Notes under the pieces: model-generated
What the model saw: the letters and a program-made list of their open reading frames with translations, nothing else
The model's database searches: none
What the model was told of the DNA's origin: nothing
From: Rhina ancylostomus
Taxonomy: Eukaryota
NCBI GenBank assembly: GCA_030265395.1
Contig: JARFYF010000059.1
Location: 13,903,978 to 13,967,977, forward strand
Reading direction: 5' to 3'
Length of the DNA stretch: 64,000 nucleotides
Translations under genes and position numbers: made by a program
In this document: positions 51,111-64,000 of the stretch, in pieces
How the letters are laid out: each line of letters opens with the position of its first letter
How positions within the stretch are numbered: position 1 is the stretch's first letter

Positions 51111-54079
51111 CACTGTGTTCTTTGTTAAAGGCAGCAGCAGAGCACATAAGTTTGCACTGAACATCTGACCAAATTTTCTGACCCCACTCACGTAACTGTA
51201 GTCCTTTAAACACCCAGCATTAATACTGGGAGACAAGGTTAGTAAAAATAGGTAGCAGAGATATTATTGGTAAAATTAGGTACAGAGCACTCAGTGCTTT
51301 GCAGGGATAGCTCCATGTGACCTGGGTGCCCAGAACATGCAACTTTACATTGCTGGAGATTTGGTCCCAGTCTACACCATCCATGGCTTGTTTTGTATGA
51401 TGTTCAAAGGCATTTCTTTTGCCTATTTCCTGCCCTTGATATTTGGATCCATCACCTCTTGTTAGCATCTGCAGTTAGCTCATATAATTGGAACTGCAAG
51501 GTTACTCATTGGGCCCCTAATTAATGCCGTTAGTCATAAGGAAGAGAGGTGGCAGCTGAAAACTGCCACTGTCTATACAGACAGAATCATATACAGTGAC
51601 AGTGTGCTGTATGAAAGCTCATGCTAGCACTTACCCGGGTTTGAGTAGTATTTACATTCACCCACTGAAGTAAGATTGAGTTGATATCTCGAGAGCATGC
51701 CTCTAATAATAGATGCACAGAAATCAGTGCTTGCAGATTAAATTTGTGGAATGTTTAATCTGCAACTAGTAGTTTCTTTGTTCAGTCACCTCTGACCTTA
51801 ACCCTTGATCTCTCTTTGTTAAACACAAAACTGTGAGTGAATTCATTGCACTTATTCTTAACTAGCAGAATGGAGCAAACAAGCAGAAGTCCACAATCAG
51901 TGGTATTATTTTATAATTTCCATTCCTCTGAAAGTATTCAGTCTCTCCTCCCATTAGGGACTCCCTGAGTTTAAGCAAATTCCAGGCATTCACTCGCACA
52001 AATGAAACTTGACTGTAGCCTTCAAATATTTCTGTGTCCTGTTGATACTTGTTTTTCTTCTCTTAAGTCAAGCAGTTAGCAATTACCTGCACAGGCATAT
52101 TATTTAATCCTTTCTGTCTGTACCCAATTCTACTGAAAGTCTCAAATCATCTTACACCGAAGCAACTCTTCAAGCTTCTGCAAGGCCTGACTTGTAACAT
52201 AATAAGCAGTTGGTCGAGGAAACTGGGATGGTGCACCCTCATAGCAACAGGAGAGAGGAAGTCTGATATACCCCTACTTACCTGGGCTTCTTGAGCAAAT
52301 CTGCTGCCTTATTATGTTACCACGCCCNNNNNNNNNNNNNNNNNNNNNNNNNNNNNNNNNNNNNNNNNNNNNNNNNNNNNCTGCCAGTTCTGAGTTGCAA
52401 GCATCAACAAGTAGGAAAACTAAAATGGTATGAATATCAAAGCTGCTTTAGCTGGCTAATAGATACCAAGAGAAGTGAGGAAAGAGAGGAGCAATGGAAG
52501 AAAATTACACAAGAAACAACCGAGTTTAAGTTAAATAAAAGAGGGCCTGAAGTTCTGTGTGGAGTGTTGCACTGGGTTTGCACAGATACACCTGCTCTAC
52601 ACAGTCAAACCAGGGGACTCATCCACTGGAGGATCTTCAGTGAAAATCCAGTGTGTAACAGAAATATTGGGCTTGCAATTTTAGAATGCAGATTTTAAAA
52701 GGCAGATCTGGCAGCTACAGTCGGACATTTTGTCTTCTTGTTGAAAGATTATTGATTCACTGCCTCCATCCAGTCCGTCTTCAGAGTGCATTGCATCAGG
52801 AAGGCTAAGGGTATCGTCAAGGATGCCTGCCACCCTGGCATTCACTTTTCTCTCTTCTACCTTAAGGTGTGGATAGTGTGGAGGGCTGTCAGAGCTTACA
52901 GAGGGATATTGATAGGATGCAGAGTATTGATAGGANNNNNNNNNNNNNNNNNNNNNNNNNNNNNNNNNNNNNNNNNNNNNNNNNNNNNNNNNNNNNNNNN
53001 NNNNNNNNNNNNNNNNNNNNNNNNNNNNNNNNNNNNNNNNNNNNNNNNNNNNNNNNNNNNNNNNNNNNNNNNNNNNNNNNNNNNNNNNNNNNNNNNNNNN
53101 NNNNNNNNNNNNNNNNNNNNNNNNNNNNNNNNNNNNNNNNNNNNNNNNNNNNNNNNNNNNNNNNNNNNNNNNNNNNNNNNNNNNNNNNNNNNNNNNNNNN
53201 NNNNNNNNNNNNNNNNNNNNNNNNNNNNNNNNNNNNNNNNNNNNNNNNNNNNNNNTTTATCTCAGATTGTCAGCATCTGCAGTTGTTTTGCTTTTCCAGT
53301 TGATTCCCTTGTTTGAGAATGGCCTTGCGAAACACGAGGGAATGTTATGCTAATTTAAGGCCGCTATAGAAAATGGAACATCTGAGCAAGAGTTCGCTGA
53401 GCTCACTGCCAGCTGCTGCATCAGCTGGCTCCTCCGTGACTTGTAGCAACTTCTCTAGATTACAGGAGAATGTAGCTGGAAATAAAAGGTAGGGTTTCAA
53501 ATATTCCACACTTTTTTTTTGTCTCCTGTATTTCTCGTGACATGGAAGAAGGCCATTCAGCCCATCAAGTCAATGCTGGCTCTCAGAGAAATGCCATCAA
53601 TCCCATTCCCCCACTTATTTCCCTATAATCTTTTCCCTATCACATGCCCATCAACTCCATCGTCATTCCCCTATCACCCACCTTTATTCAGTTAACCTAC
53701 CAAACCACATGTCATTGACACATGGGAGGAAACCAGAGAACCTGGAGGAAACCCACGCAGTCACAGGGACATGAAAGCTCCACACAGACAGCACTAGAGG
53801 TCAGGAGGGAACCCCAGGTTGCTGGGTGCTGTGAGGTAGCAATGAGGGAGAACTTATGAGGACAAATCCCCTGAAAGGAAAATAGCGGAAGGTGTATTGA
53901 TAACCTGAGAGAACTGGGAAAGAGCAGAGGATAGAAGCATAAGAGTGCTCCAGCAAACAGAGTCAGAGTAAGGAAAAATGTGAAGATAACACAAGAGGCA
54001 AAATAGGCATAAAGAAATGGAGAGGACAATTCACCCTTGATCAAGGCAACATAAAGGATTTTACTGGGGTCACTAAAAA

Positions 54080-56586
54080 TGGAAACAAATTAACAATCAA
54101 ATTTGCTTTACTATGTGTGTGTATGAACAGACAAAATGTGGTATGCAAGGTCAGTGTACTACAAAGTAGGTGGTAGGGTGGTCGCGTGGGAGTATGATGT
54201 GATGACATTTGCTTCAAAAGTGTGCAGCATTGGGCATTAGATATTCCTGGACACAAATTGTTCAGGAAGCATAGAGAAGGAAAGAAAGGAGGGATAGCTG
54301 TATTGTTGTAGAGACAGGATGTTGCGGAGGGGTCAGAAACAGAATATGTGTGGCCAGAACCAAGATAGGTTAGAGAGGGCATTACACTGCTCCGTGTATC
54401 CTGTGAGTCACCAATAAGTGAGAGGTTTATAAAGGAGCAAATAGGCAGGGAAATGACAGAGAAGTGCGCAAGCTAAAGAGGAGTAATACTTTGGGACTTT
54501 AGCTATTCCAATGTAAACTAGGATAGTATTTGTATTGAGGGCAGAGAGGGTGAAGAGTTTCTGGAATGGGTCCTGGATCATCTTCTCAGGCAGAATATTT
54601 CTGGTCCAGTAAGAAAGAAGCATTACTGGGGCTGGTTCTGGGGAATGAACTTTATCAAATGGGCTAAGTTTTGGTAGGGGAACATTCAGGAGATAGTGAT
54701 TATCACATTGTAAGATTTAAGTTAGCTATAGAAAAGGAAAAGGAACAATTCAAAGTAAAAATAATTAATAGGAGGATGGCCAATTTCAATGGGATGAGAG
54801 TAGTTCTGGTCCAGGTAAACTGGAATCAAAGGGTGACAGGTAAAACTGTAGTGGAACAAAGGGCTGCCTTTCAAGAAGAGATAGTTCAAGTCCAGTTAAA
54901 AGGGGCAAGGGCAGAACAAACAAACCTAGAGCTCTCTGCATGAGAAAAGAAATACAGAGGAAGATAACGCACAAAAAAAAGACTGCTTATTTCATGTGTC
55001 AAGTTGTAGATACTAGTGAGAACCCAGCTGACTATAAAAGAATCAATGGGGAAGTGAAAACTAAAATGAGAGGCAAAGAGGAAAGATCAGTTGTTATTAT
55101 AAGTGGACCCAGAAATGTTCCATGGGCATATCCATAATAAAAATCTGGTAGAAGGAGGAGTGAGGCCCATTAATAACAGGAATGGGAAGTTGCACATCAA
55201 TGCCGAGGACAGTATTAAGGTAAAGAAAGTAGTGGTGAAGGAGGAGATAGTCAGGACACTGGATAAGTTAACAATCAATAGCACAAAAACGAGTGGATGG
55301 GTTGAATCCTGGGATCTTGATGGAAGTACAAGTGCAAAACTGGAGTGGGGGGGCGGGGGGGAAGCTGACCATAATATTCCAATGCTCTTTGGAAATGTAG
55401 GTGGTGCTAGAGGATCGAAGAGTAGGAAATTCTACACCCTTGTTCAAAAATAGGAGTAAAGAAAAGCCCAGAACTACAGGCCAATCAGTTCAACCTTGTT
55501 GGGTGGAAAGCTTTTAGAAGAATTGGTCTGGGACAGGTTGTTAGTCACCTGGAGGAAAACAAGTTTAGACAGCATGAATTTGATAGACAAATTGTGTTTA
55601 ACCAATTTGATAGAATTTTTTGATGAGGCAATAGTTAGAATTGATGAAGGAATGCAGTCGATCTGGTGTAAAAGACTTCAACAAAACTTTTGATAATGTT
55701 ACAGGCTTATCAACACAATTGAAGCATATGATATAAAAGGAACATTGATATCATGGCTATAAATTTGACTAGGTAACAGACAACAGAGGGTCTGTGATGA
55801 ATCATTATTTATCAAACTGAAGGAAGGTATTCCCCAGGGGTTGGTTTTGGGGCCACTGCATTTTTTGATCTATACTAATGACATAAATTTGGGGATGCAA
55901 GCCACAACTTCTAAATTTGTGGATGACAGGAAACTTGGTAACAACGTGAACTGTGAAGAGGACAGTGATAAACTACAGCAGCAAGTAAACAGGGGAGTGG
56001 AATGGCAATTTAGAAGGAAGAACAACTAGAGGCAATATAGAATAGAGGATATTATTCTTAAAGTGGCGCAGGGTGGAGGAACCTGAGGATATGTGTGCAC
56101 AATCATTGGAAGTGGGAAGGCAGGTTGAGAAAGCCTTTAATAAGCTAACTTGAATTCTGAGCTTTAATAATCAAGGCACAAAGTATAAAAGCAGGAAAGT
56201 CATGCTGAACCTTTATAACACACAGGTGTGGCCTCAACTGGGTTTAATTCTGGTTGCCACATCATAAGAGGAATGTGAAGACATTAAAAAAGGTCCAGAA
56301 AAAGATTACAAGAATGATTCCTGGGATGAGAGACAACAGTTACAAGGATATATTGGAGAGGCTGGACTTTTTTTTGGAGAAGAAAAGGCTGAAGGGAAAC
56401 TTGATAGAAGTATTTAAAATGATTAATTGACTGGACAGAGCAGATATTGGAAGACTATTCTGTTTGGTGGAGCATTTGAAGAATAAAATTTACAGATATA
56501 AACTAAATGGGAAGAGAATACAGCATGTGGTTGGGTTCTGGAATGCACATGTGGTGGTGGCAGGTTCCAGCGCGGCCTTCAAGATG
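54080..56586 (+). mobile_element. Near-complete but decayed CR1 ORF2 (APE endonuclease + RT)
   Basis: In order: GEHSGDSDYHIVRF (endonuclease end), NYRPIS, LCLTNLIEFFDE, PQGLVLGPLHFLIYTND, SKFVDDRKLG, then the C-terminal region. Many stops and frameshifts. Confidence 0.9.
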
Positions 56587-58086
56587 NNNNNNNNNNNNNN
56601 NNNNNNNNNNNNNNNNNNNNNNNNNNNNNNNNNNNNNNNNNNNNNNNNNNNNNNNNTGAAGTTAGCTAATTGAAGAATTAAATAACTTGTGTGATCCTGA
56701 CTGTTACTACATAGCACACTTTTTCTGGCTACAAATGGCAAATATCAGTGCAAATCCAGTGAGACCATCTCCAAACTCCCCTTTAGGATGATGAACAAAT
56801 GCAGGTTGTCCACAGAAAGAAACCTCAAAAATGTCTCATGTACTGTATGGTGTGAGCTGGCACTTTCTGGCCCCACACCCTACCACCATCAGTAGTGGTA
56901 CCAGAAGTTCAATAACATCACCAGGCTGCAAGGTAACACATTAACAACAAAATATCTGCTGGAGGAACTCACTGGGTCGAACAGCATCTGTGGGGAAGAG
57001 GAATTGTCAACATTTCAGGTCTAAACCATCAGGATGCATCAGCAATCTCCTTTTTGTGTATTTGGGCACCAGCACCCTTCTTTAATCTCCAATATTGTAA
57101 ACTGCATAACAAATGATCAGCTGTCCAGCATCAATGAGGAATCAAATACCCTTGATCTAATTAATTTGGTCTTGCTGTAGATTAAATCCTACTACGGCAG
57201 GAAGAAGCAGATGGATGGGGCGCCGGCCTCAAGAATGACACTCACAAATCATTGAAATGCCATTGCATTCTGCTCTTACCATGGGCCATGCCATGATCAG
57301 AGTGTAAAGCCATACCAGGACAGTGGACAGCCACCTGTACTGATGCTGTAGTAATATTGAGAAGCAGCAGGTTGCCCTAATCAGGAATCTGCCAGTACCA
57401 CCTCCTTTCTGGAAATTCAGGCTGTAGTCACACAGCTGTGAGGGCAGTGATTCAACAGAGCACAAGACTGCAGATCTTGTGGGCTGCCATGTGGTCTACA
57501 ACCTCTGTGGGCTTTCAGGGTCCGAAAACTGTCACTGAACCAGCCAGCCTGCTAATCGGTGGAATGGTGACCGATACAGGAACAGGTCTGTCAGGGGCTG
57601 TGAATCCTGAGACAGCAGGACGTGCCTGGCTCCTGGGAGGGTACGACTCAGGGGCAATGCTACACTGCTGCGTCCAGAGGTGCAGAAAATACCCATTGGC
57701 CCCTAGGAATAAGTGCCAAGGGGGGAGAAACACTTCAGTTCCATGAGTACCTGTAGCACAGGGAGAGGCCAACCACCTTTGCAATACAGGAACTCTGACT
57801 GCACATGTAAGAACTGGAAGGTTGTTGGTAGTGGGGTTGGGTGTTGGTGGAGAGCAGTGAAGGCTTAAGAAAGAATAGATTCTATTCACTTTGGAGTTTG
57901 TACCATTTGAGACCATGAGCATGTTCTGTTACTCAGAGAGATTGGAGTCATCCAGGAAAAGGTACAATTACCTATGCTGCCTTTCAGTCCGGTGATTATT
58001 ACTGGTTCAGTCACGAAGGAACAAAGAGGGTAACATTAAATGTTGTAATGTTCTACGTTGGGGTTTGTGGGGAAGGGGGGTGGGGT

Positions 58087-58310
58087 TTACTTAAAGTGGG
58101 AGAATTCAATATTCATGCCATTAGGCTGCAAGGTTCCAAGATGGAAAATGAGGAGCTGTTCCTCCAGCTTGCGCTTGTAATTCTCCTGTCAGTGGAGCAG
58201 GCCGAGGACTGACATATCAGTGACAGTGTGGGAGGGGGAGTTGACGTGACTGGCAACGGGGAGATGCAGATCGCGGTTATGGACAGAGTGCAGGTGTTCT
58301 GCGAAATGGT
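58087..58310 (-). mobile_element. Penelope-like GIY-YIG endonuclease C-terminal fragment
   Basis: HFAEHLHSVHNRDLHLPVASHVNSPSHTVTDMSVLGLLH*QENYKRKLEEQLLIFHLGTLQPNGMNIEFSHFK*, in one frame with one internal stop. Confidence 0.85.
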
Positions 58311-59289
58311 TGAGAATTGTTTGCCCTCAATAGAGGATGCTTGATTGGAGGCTCGATCTTTGTTGTTTGCCTTACTGAACAGAAATATAAAGAAGATACT
58401 ACACCAGTGATGAAAGTGGATATTGCTGCTCAGGAAGTGGCATATCTATAACTAAGTGCAAAGAAAAAAAGGGTGGAATTTTTTAAATAGACTAATATTG
58501 ATGGCAAAATAGCAGTGGTTGTTACAACAATGTATCCAAGATCATAGCACACGGTACGTATAGTCTTAAAGGTCTAACCGCACAATATATATTACACAAG
58601 GGTATTTTTGTCTTTGCTTCTTAGTCTTAAATACATGGGGAAAAAACAATAGAATGAGAAAAGCTTTTTGGCTCACTGAGCCTCTCCCACCCACAGACCA
58701 CATACATTTCACGCAGAGTTGAACACGCCCCATTGTTTTAACTCTTCAGGAAAATTATGTTTATGTTCTCCCTGAACCACAATGATAATAAAGAAAAATC
58801 CTGGATTATTGAACCACACAACTTTGGGTGCCCATTTTACACAGATGTACTCTTTCCGAACATGACAGAACATGACCTGTTGCATACTTGGTTGATCATT
58901 TTAAATAACACCTATTTCTGATACCCTGCAGCCCTCTTCCACAACAGGTATCTTTTTGTTCCATTTTAAGATAGATTTAACTTGTGTCAACACAGCACTC
59001 ATTCAAAGGGAGCCATTGGGCGGGGCAATGGTTGGGTGACCATTGGCCTTTGAGATAACTTTGTGATCGGATAGCTGAGTCCAGTAACAAACTCATATCC
59101 TTCCAATTCATACATCAGTGTTCAAGGTCCTGGATAAGCATGTGACCCATGGAACTGAATATTGAGAGAAAAAGGATGAAGGCCCATGGAACACGATGAA
59201 GTGATGGGACTGGAGGCAAGGCAAGTAAGTAGGAAATGAGAAAGATGGAGAGAAAGAAAAAAGAGGAAGAATGCAAACAGAAATGTCAG

Positions 59290-60330
59290 ATAAAGCAATA
59301 CAGCACAGATACAGGCCCTCCGGCCCAACCAGTCCATGCCAACCACCCAGCTAGTTCCAATTTCCTGTGATCACCCCATATCCCTGCCCCTGCATATATC
59401 TTTTCCAAGTGCTTCTAAGACAATACTCTTGTACCTGCCTCAACCATTTCTTCTGGCAGCCCATTCCATATACTCACCACCCTCAGTGTGAGAAAGTTGC
59501 CCGTCAGGTCTCTTTCAAATCTTTCCCCTCTCACCCTAAACTTATGCCCCCTAGTTTTGGACTCCCCTACCCTGGGGAAAAGTCTGTTACCATCNNNNNN
59601 NNNNNNNNNNNNNNNNNNNNNNNNNNNNNNNNNNNNNNNNNNNNNNNNNNNNNNNNNNNNNNNNNNNNNNNNNNNNNNNNNNNNNNNNNNNNNNNNNNNN
59701 NNNNNNNNNNNNNNNNNNNNNNNNNNNNNNNNNNNNNNNNNNNNNNNNNNNNNNNNNNNNNNNNNNNNNNNNNNNNNNNNNNNNNNNNNNNNNNNNNNNN
59801 NNNNNNNNNNNNNNNNNNNNNNNNNNNNNNNNNNNNNNNNNNNNNNNNNNNNNNNNNNNNNNNNNNNNNNNNNNNNNNNNNNNNNNNNNNNNNNNNNNNN
59901 NNNNNNNNNNNNNNNNNNNNNNNNNNNNNNNNNNNNNNNNNNNNNNNNNNNNNNNNNNNNNTCCTAGTACAAGTGCATAGTTCATTGCACTACCTAGTGC
60001 CCTACCATTCATAGTATAAGTCCTGTGCTGGCTTGATATTCAAAAATGCATCACCTCATCTTATCTGTATTGAAATCCATTTTCCATTCCTCAGCCCAGT
60101 TCCCTAATTGACCAAGATCCCCTTTTAATCTACGATAACTTTCTTCACTATCAACAGCACCTCCTAATTTTGTGTCACCTGCAAATTTACTGATCAAGCC
60201 TTGCCTGATTGCATCCCAACTATTTATATAAATAATGAAATACAAGGGTCCCAACAGCGGCCGCTGTGGCACACTACTAGTCACTGGCCTCCATTCCGAG
60301 GAACAACCTTCAACTACCACCCTCTCCATC
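59290..60330 (-). mobile_element. CR1 RT-to-3' end fragment spanning a gap
   Basis: ORF track SEWRPVTSSVPQRPLLGPLYFIIYIN...ISKFAGDTKLGG, with the CR1 tail at ~59295-59340. Confidence 0.85.
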
Positions 60331-62454
60331 CTATGTAGGGAAATATAGGTAAAGAAATTTTCTTAAATAAAAGCAGAGAATGCTGGAAACACTCAGTAGG
60401 TCAGGCAACATATGTGGAGAAAGAGAGAGAGAGAGAGAGAGAAACAATGTTTCAGGTTGAAGACCCTCAGCACCTTCTGTTTTAATTTCAGGTTTCCAGT
60501 ATGTGCAGCTTTTTGATTTTCAAATTTTCTAATAGATCATTTGGAAAATTAATATTACATCTAGGCTAATGTTTGAGGTCTGTTATGAATGGCAGAAGAA
60601 ATAAGGTCAAATGTTAGTACAAACCTAAAGGGAATGCGTTTGCCAAAAACCACAGCTTGTGATCCTATCCAGTGATTATAAATGGCCGCAAATTCTGGCA
60701 CTGAAATTTTGGGTGGCTTCGTTAACCTAAAAGAAATGAAAATATATTTATGATGTTGGCACCGGAGATTGCTGGGAGCTGTATTGGCTCTGGGAAGACC
60801 TCTGTGAGAACAATCAGAAAGGAAATTCCATTTTATAGGTGGATTGATTTGTATAAACACCAGAGAGCCAAATGCAGTCATGCCACACAGCAGCCAGTTT
60901 ATTGCACATCATTTTACTGCTTTTTAGTCAATAGTCTGCAAATAAACATGTGATTTATGACTCAAAAGATTTGCATGAACCTGTCTGAGCATCAGGTTAC
61001 CATCAGCGATTAGATGGATTTCAGTCACTTGTCTAATTGCTGTCTCCTAGCTNNNNNNNNNNNNNNNNNNNNNNNNNNNNNNNNNNNNNNNNNNNNNNNN
61101 NNNNNNNNNNNNNNNNNNNNNNNNNNNNNNNNNNNNNNNNNNNNNNNNNNAAGGAATGATTCCCTAATATTATATTTGGGCAAATGCCCTGGGTGACAAC
61201 TTGCAAGACTTCTGATATAAAGGTGACAAGTCTCAGATTTACATGTTCACATATACATTTAAACTGAACTTCCACCTGCTCATTTAAATAAGAATCCCCT
61301 GGCACCATTTCAAATAAGACCAGCAGTGTTATCTATTGCCTTCAAAATTTATTCATCAAAGAGCATCAATAAAAACAGATTATCTTGACATAATCACAAT
61401 GCTGCTCTGTGGGTTTGCTACATGTGCAAATTGGCTGCTGCATTTTCTGCATTACAACAGTGACCGCTGTTTTCTCACTATAAAGCACAGCAGGAATCTC
61501 TCGGATATGAAAGGAACTAAAGTCAAAGTTGGGTTGGTTGTCACATGCACAAGTGTGTGTGTGTATGTACAGGTGCAGTCCAAAGCTTACCTGCAGCAAC
61601 ATCTCAGGCACATAGCATCATATAAGCAGCATTCACACGAAAAACTTCAATTACACATAAATTATACACAATTGACTACAGAAATGTATGTCTACTTTTT
61701 GCTGAAACAGTATATTTGGACACTAACACACTACAAAGGGGAACATATCTGGAACTCCCAACATGATCCTAGAATGTCCCTCAAGCCGTCAGACATCTCC
61801 TTTCTTCCATAAGTCAGAAGATATTTACTTCTGATTGCTCCACTGTGAAGCTCCCCAGAACATTGTTTTAAATTGCATTTGTATGTAAGTTCTAGTAGTT
61901 ATTGCTCTTGAGAGAGTTAGTCACCAAAACATGCCATTGCCCAGAGCCTTCCCTGCAGATTACATACAACCCTGCCCCTGGAAATCCAAGTCTTCACTGC
62001 ATTGAACCATGTGTCTCTGGGTCATTTCAAGGCTTTCAGGCACTAAGGCACCAAGCCAGTCACTTGGTCTGTTGGTCAGAGATAACAGTTTCCACATGCA
62101 ACAAGGAAAACAACTTGAGAGATTAAATCTCTCTCTGGATGCCTGAGTTTTCAAATGTTCAGAGCTTCATTGGTGCTGCCCTCAGGTTGCTTAATATTAC
62201 TTTGACTTCAGTTCTCCCAGAGCTCTTTGGGATCACTGCTGGCCAAAGACCCAAGAGGACCGCCACATAAATACTATAGCTACAGGAGCGGGTCAGAGAG
62301 TGGGTATTTTCAGGTGTAGCCATTGGGTTGCTTAATATTAATCTTCCGGCACATTTGAATTCAAGAATCCCAGGTCAGTTAAATAATGCTCCTGAGCATT
62401 ATTTTCCAATGATCTACTCAGATCTTATCCTTGATTTGATTAATTATTGATTTT

Positions 62455-64000
62455 TCAGCATGTGGGATCATTGGCAAAGCCACTTATTGTCCATTCCCAT
62501 TGCCCTTGGAAAGGTGGTCATGCTGGCAAAGATACACCCACAATGCTTTTGGATGGAGAATTCCAGGATTTTGACCCAGCAATGATAAAGGACCAGTAAT
62601 TTATTTCCAAATCAGAATGATGGTGAAACTTGTAGGGGAACCTGCAGATGGTGGTGTCTGTTGCAGGTTTGGGAGGTGCTGTTGGAGTAACCTTGTCAAA
62701 TAACTATAGCGCATTTGTAGATAGTATACACTGCAGCCACTGTGCGGTGGTGGTGAAAGGAATGAACGTTTATAGTGATGGAAGGGGTGCCAATCAAGTC
62801 AGCTGTTTGATGTCAAGTGGCGCTCATTCAGGCAAGTGGAAAGTATTCCATCTCACTCTTGACCTGCGCCTTGAGTATGGTGGAAAGGCTCTGAAATGTC
62901 AGGAGTCAATCTTTGGAAAATACTCACACTCTGACCTGCTCCTCTAGCTATACTATTTGTGGTGGTCCACTTGGGTTTTCAGTCAGTGGTGAACCTGAGG
63001 AGTTCTGGGAAAACTGAAGTCAAGCATACTGATGGTTAGAAACTCAGTAATGGTAATTGAATGTCATGGATAGGTGGTTAGACTGTCCCTTGTTGGAGAT
63101 GGTTATTGCCTTGTACATCTGTGTTGCAAATGTTACTTGTCACTTATCAACCCATGCTTGAATGTTGTCCAGGTCTTGCTACATGTAGGTAGGGGCTGCT
63201 TCATTAGCTGAGGATTTTCAAATGGAATTGAACATTTTGTAATCAACAACATTATGACCAATTTGCACTACAATGGACTTTGTTTTTTTGTTCTAATTGT
63301 GCTCTTTCTTGCAACAATTGTGTATAAGTTATGATTTTCTTGTGAATATTGTGTATCTGATGCTATATGCCTGTGACACTGCTTCATGTAACTCTTTCAC
63401 TGCACCTGTGTATACATGTACTTGTGCATATGACAATAAACTCGACTTTGACTTTAAAACATCTCCAGTTCTGATTGTATGAAGGAAGGACAACCAATGA
63501 TTGGCTTTGGATGCTGCCTTGGGAACACTTACACTGTTGTTCTGTGGCTGGGATCACTGACCTTCAAAGACAACTTTCTTCTTTTGTGCCAAGTGTGGCT
63601 CCTACCAGAGGAATATTTTGCTCTTGACTTCAGTTTTCCCAGAGCTCCTTAATGCAACACTGAGTCAAGTTTCCCGTGATGTTACGGGGAGTTATTCTCA
63701 AATTACCTCTTGAATTTGACTCCAAATTCCATGTTTGGACCAAGGCTGTGATGAGGTCTGGAGCCCAGTTGTCCTGGAAAAATCAAAACACGGGACTGGC
63801 TACAGGTATTGGAAAGTAAGTGCTCCTTAACAGCACTGTCAACAACACCTTCCATCACTGTGCTGATGATTGAGAGTAGTCTGGTTGGATGGTAAGTAGT
63901 CAGACTGGATTCATCCTGCTTTTTGTGGACAATTTTCCACATTCTTGGATACATGCCAGTGTTATAAATGTAGTAAACAGCTTAACAGCTTGCCTAGAGA
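62455..64000 (-). mobile_element. Old CR1-clade LINE (RT), interrupted by a Rex1-type 3'UTR at ~63255-63455
   Basis: ORF track YPRMWKIVHKKQDESS..YHPTRLLSIISTVMEGVV. The 3' end near 62460-62520 matches the family at 47810-48170. Confidence 0.7.

Noticed and set aside
19600-64000. Search for epha2 3' exons or another host gene upstream of fam131c
   Set aside because: No kinase- or SAM-like peptide or other recognisable host exon seen by eye. Small exons or exons inside gaps cannot be excluded.

Overview
Eukaryotic, repeat-rich vertebrate DNA. The repeat landscape (V-domain/HE1-like SINEs, Deu-domain SINEs, CR1, Rex1/Babar, L2, RTE, Penelope, Harbinger) points to a cartilaginous fish, probably a ray or shark (inference). 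Many 10-N and 100-N gaps indicate a short- or linked-read scaffold. The only host gene I can support is fam131c on the minus strand. Five coding exons (19363-19342, 12632-12508, 7930-7892, 6403-6310, 1262-1080) have GT-AG boundaries and matching phases. They splice to MGCCISREILTAVYDNPSSTGDAPPNTNKTVAQEKREHPPAADNHDVCKQDRTDFCWDPIIQNCFGSTNGFFSGSKQTLNGYDINALARSSLVGLVQTVKDHITKPTAMASGRVAHIIEWKGWGAQRRGCNAAPMDEDHYSNLTDELKEARFAAG..., and the 3' exons lie beyond the left edge. The remaining ~44 kb upstream is intergenic and TE-dominated, with a few unique motif-dense blocks. The best leads are: Penelope-derived, often palindromic repeats carrying minimal hammerhead-ribozyme cores with recurring core variants; a V-SINE with a Rex1-type instead of a CR1-type tail; an unexplained ~90-bp inverted repeat in intron 1; a strong-context in-frame uORF just before the myristoylation start; a three-layer nested TE; and a fossil Harbinger transposase. 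I see no convincing wholly new multi-gene system. Repeat boundaries are approximate and family calls come from recognition by eye, not from database searches.
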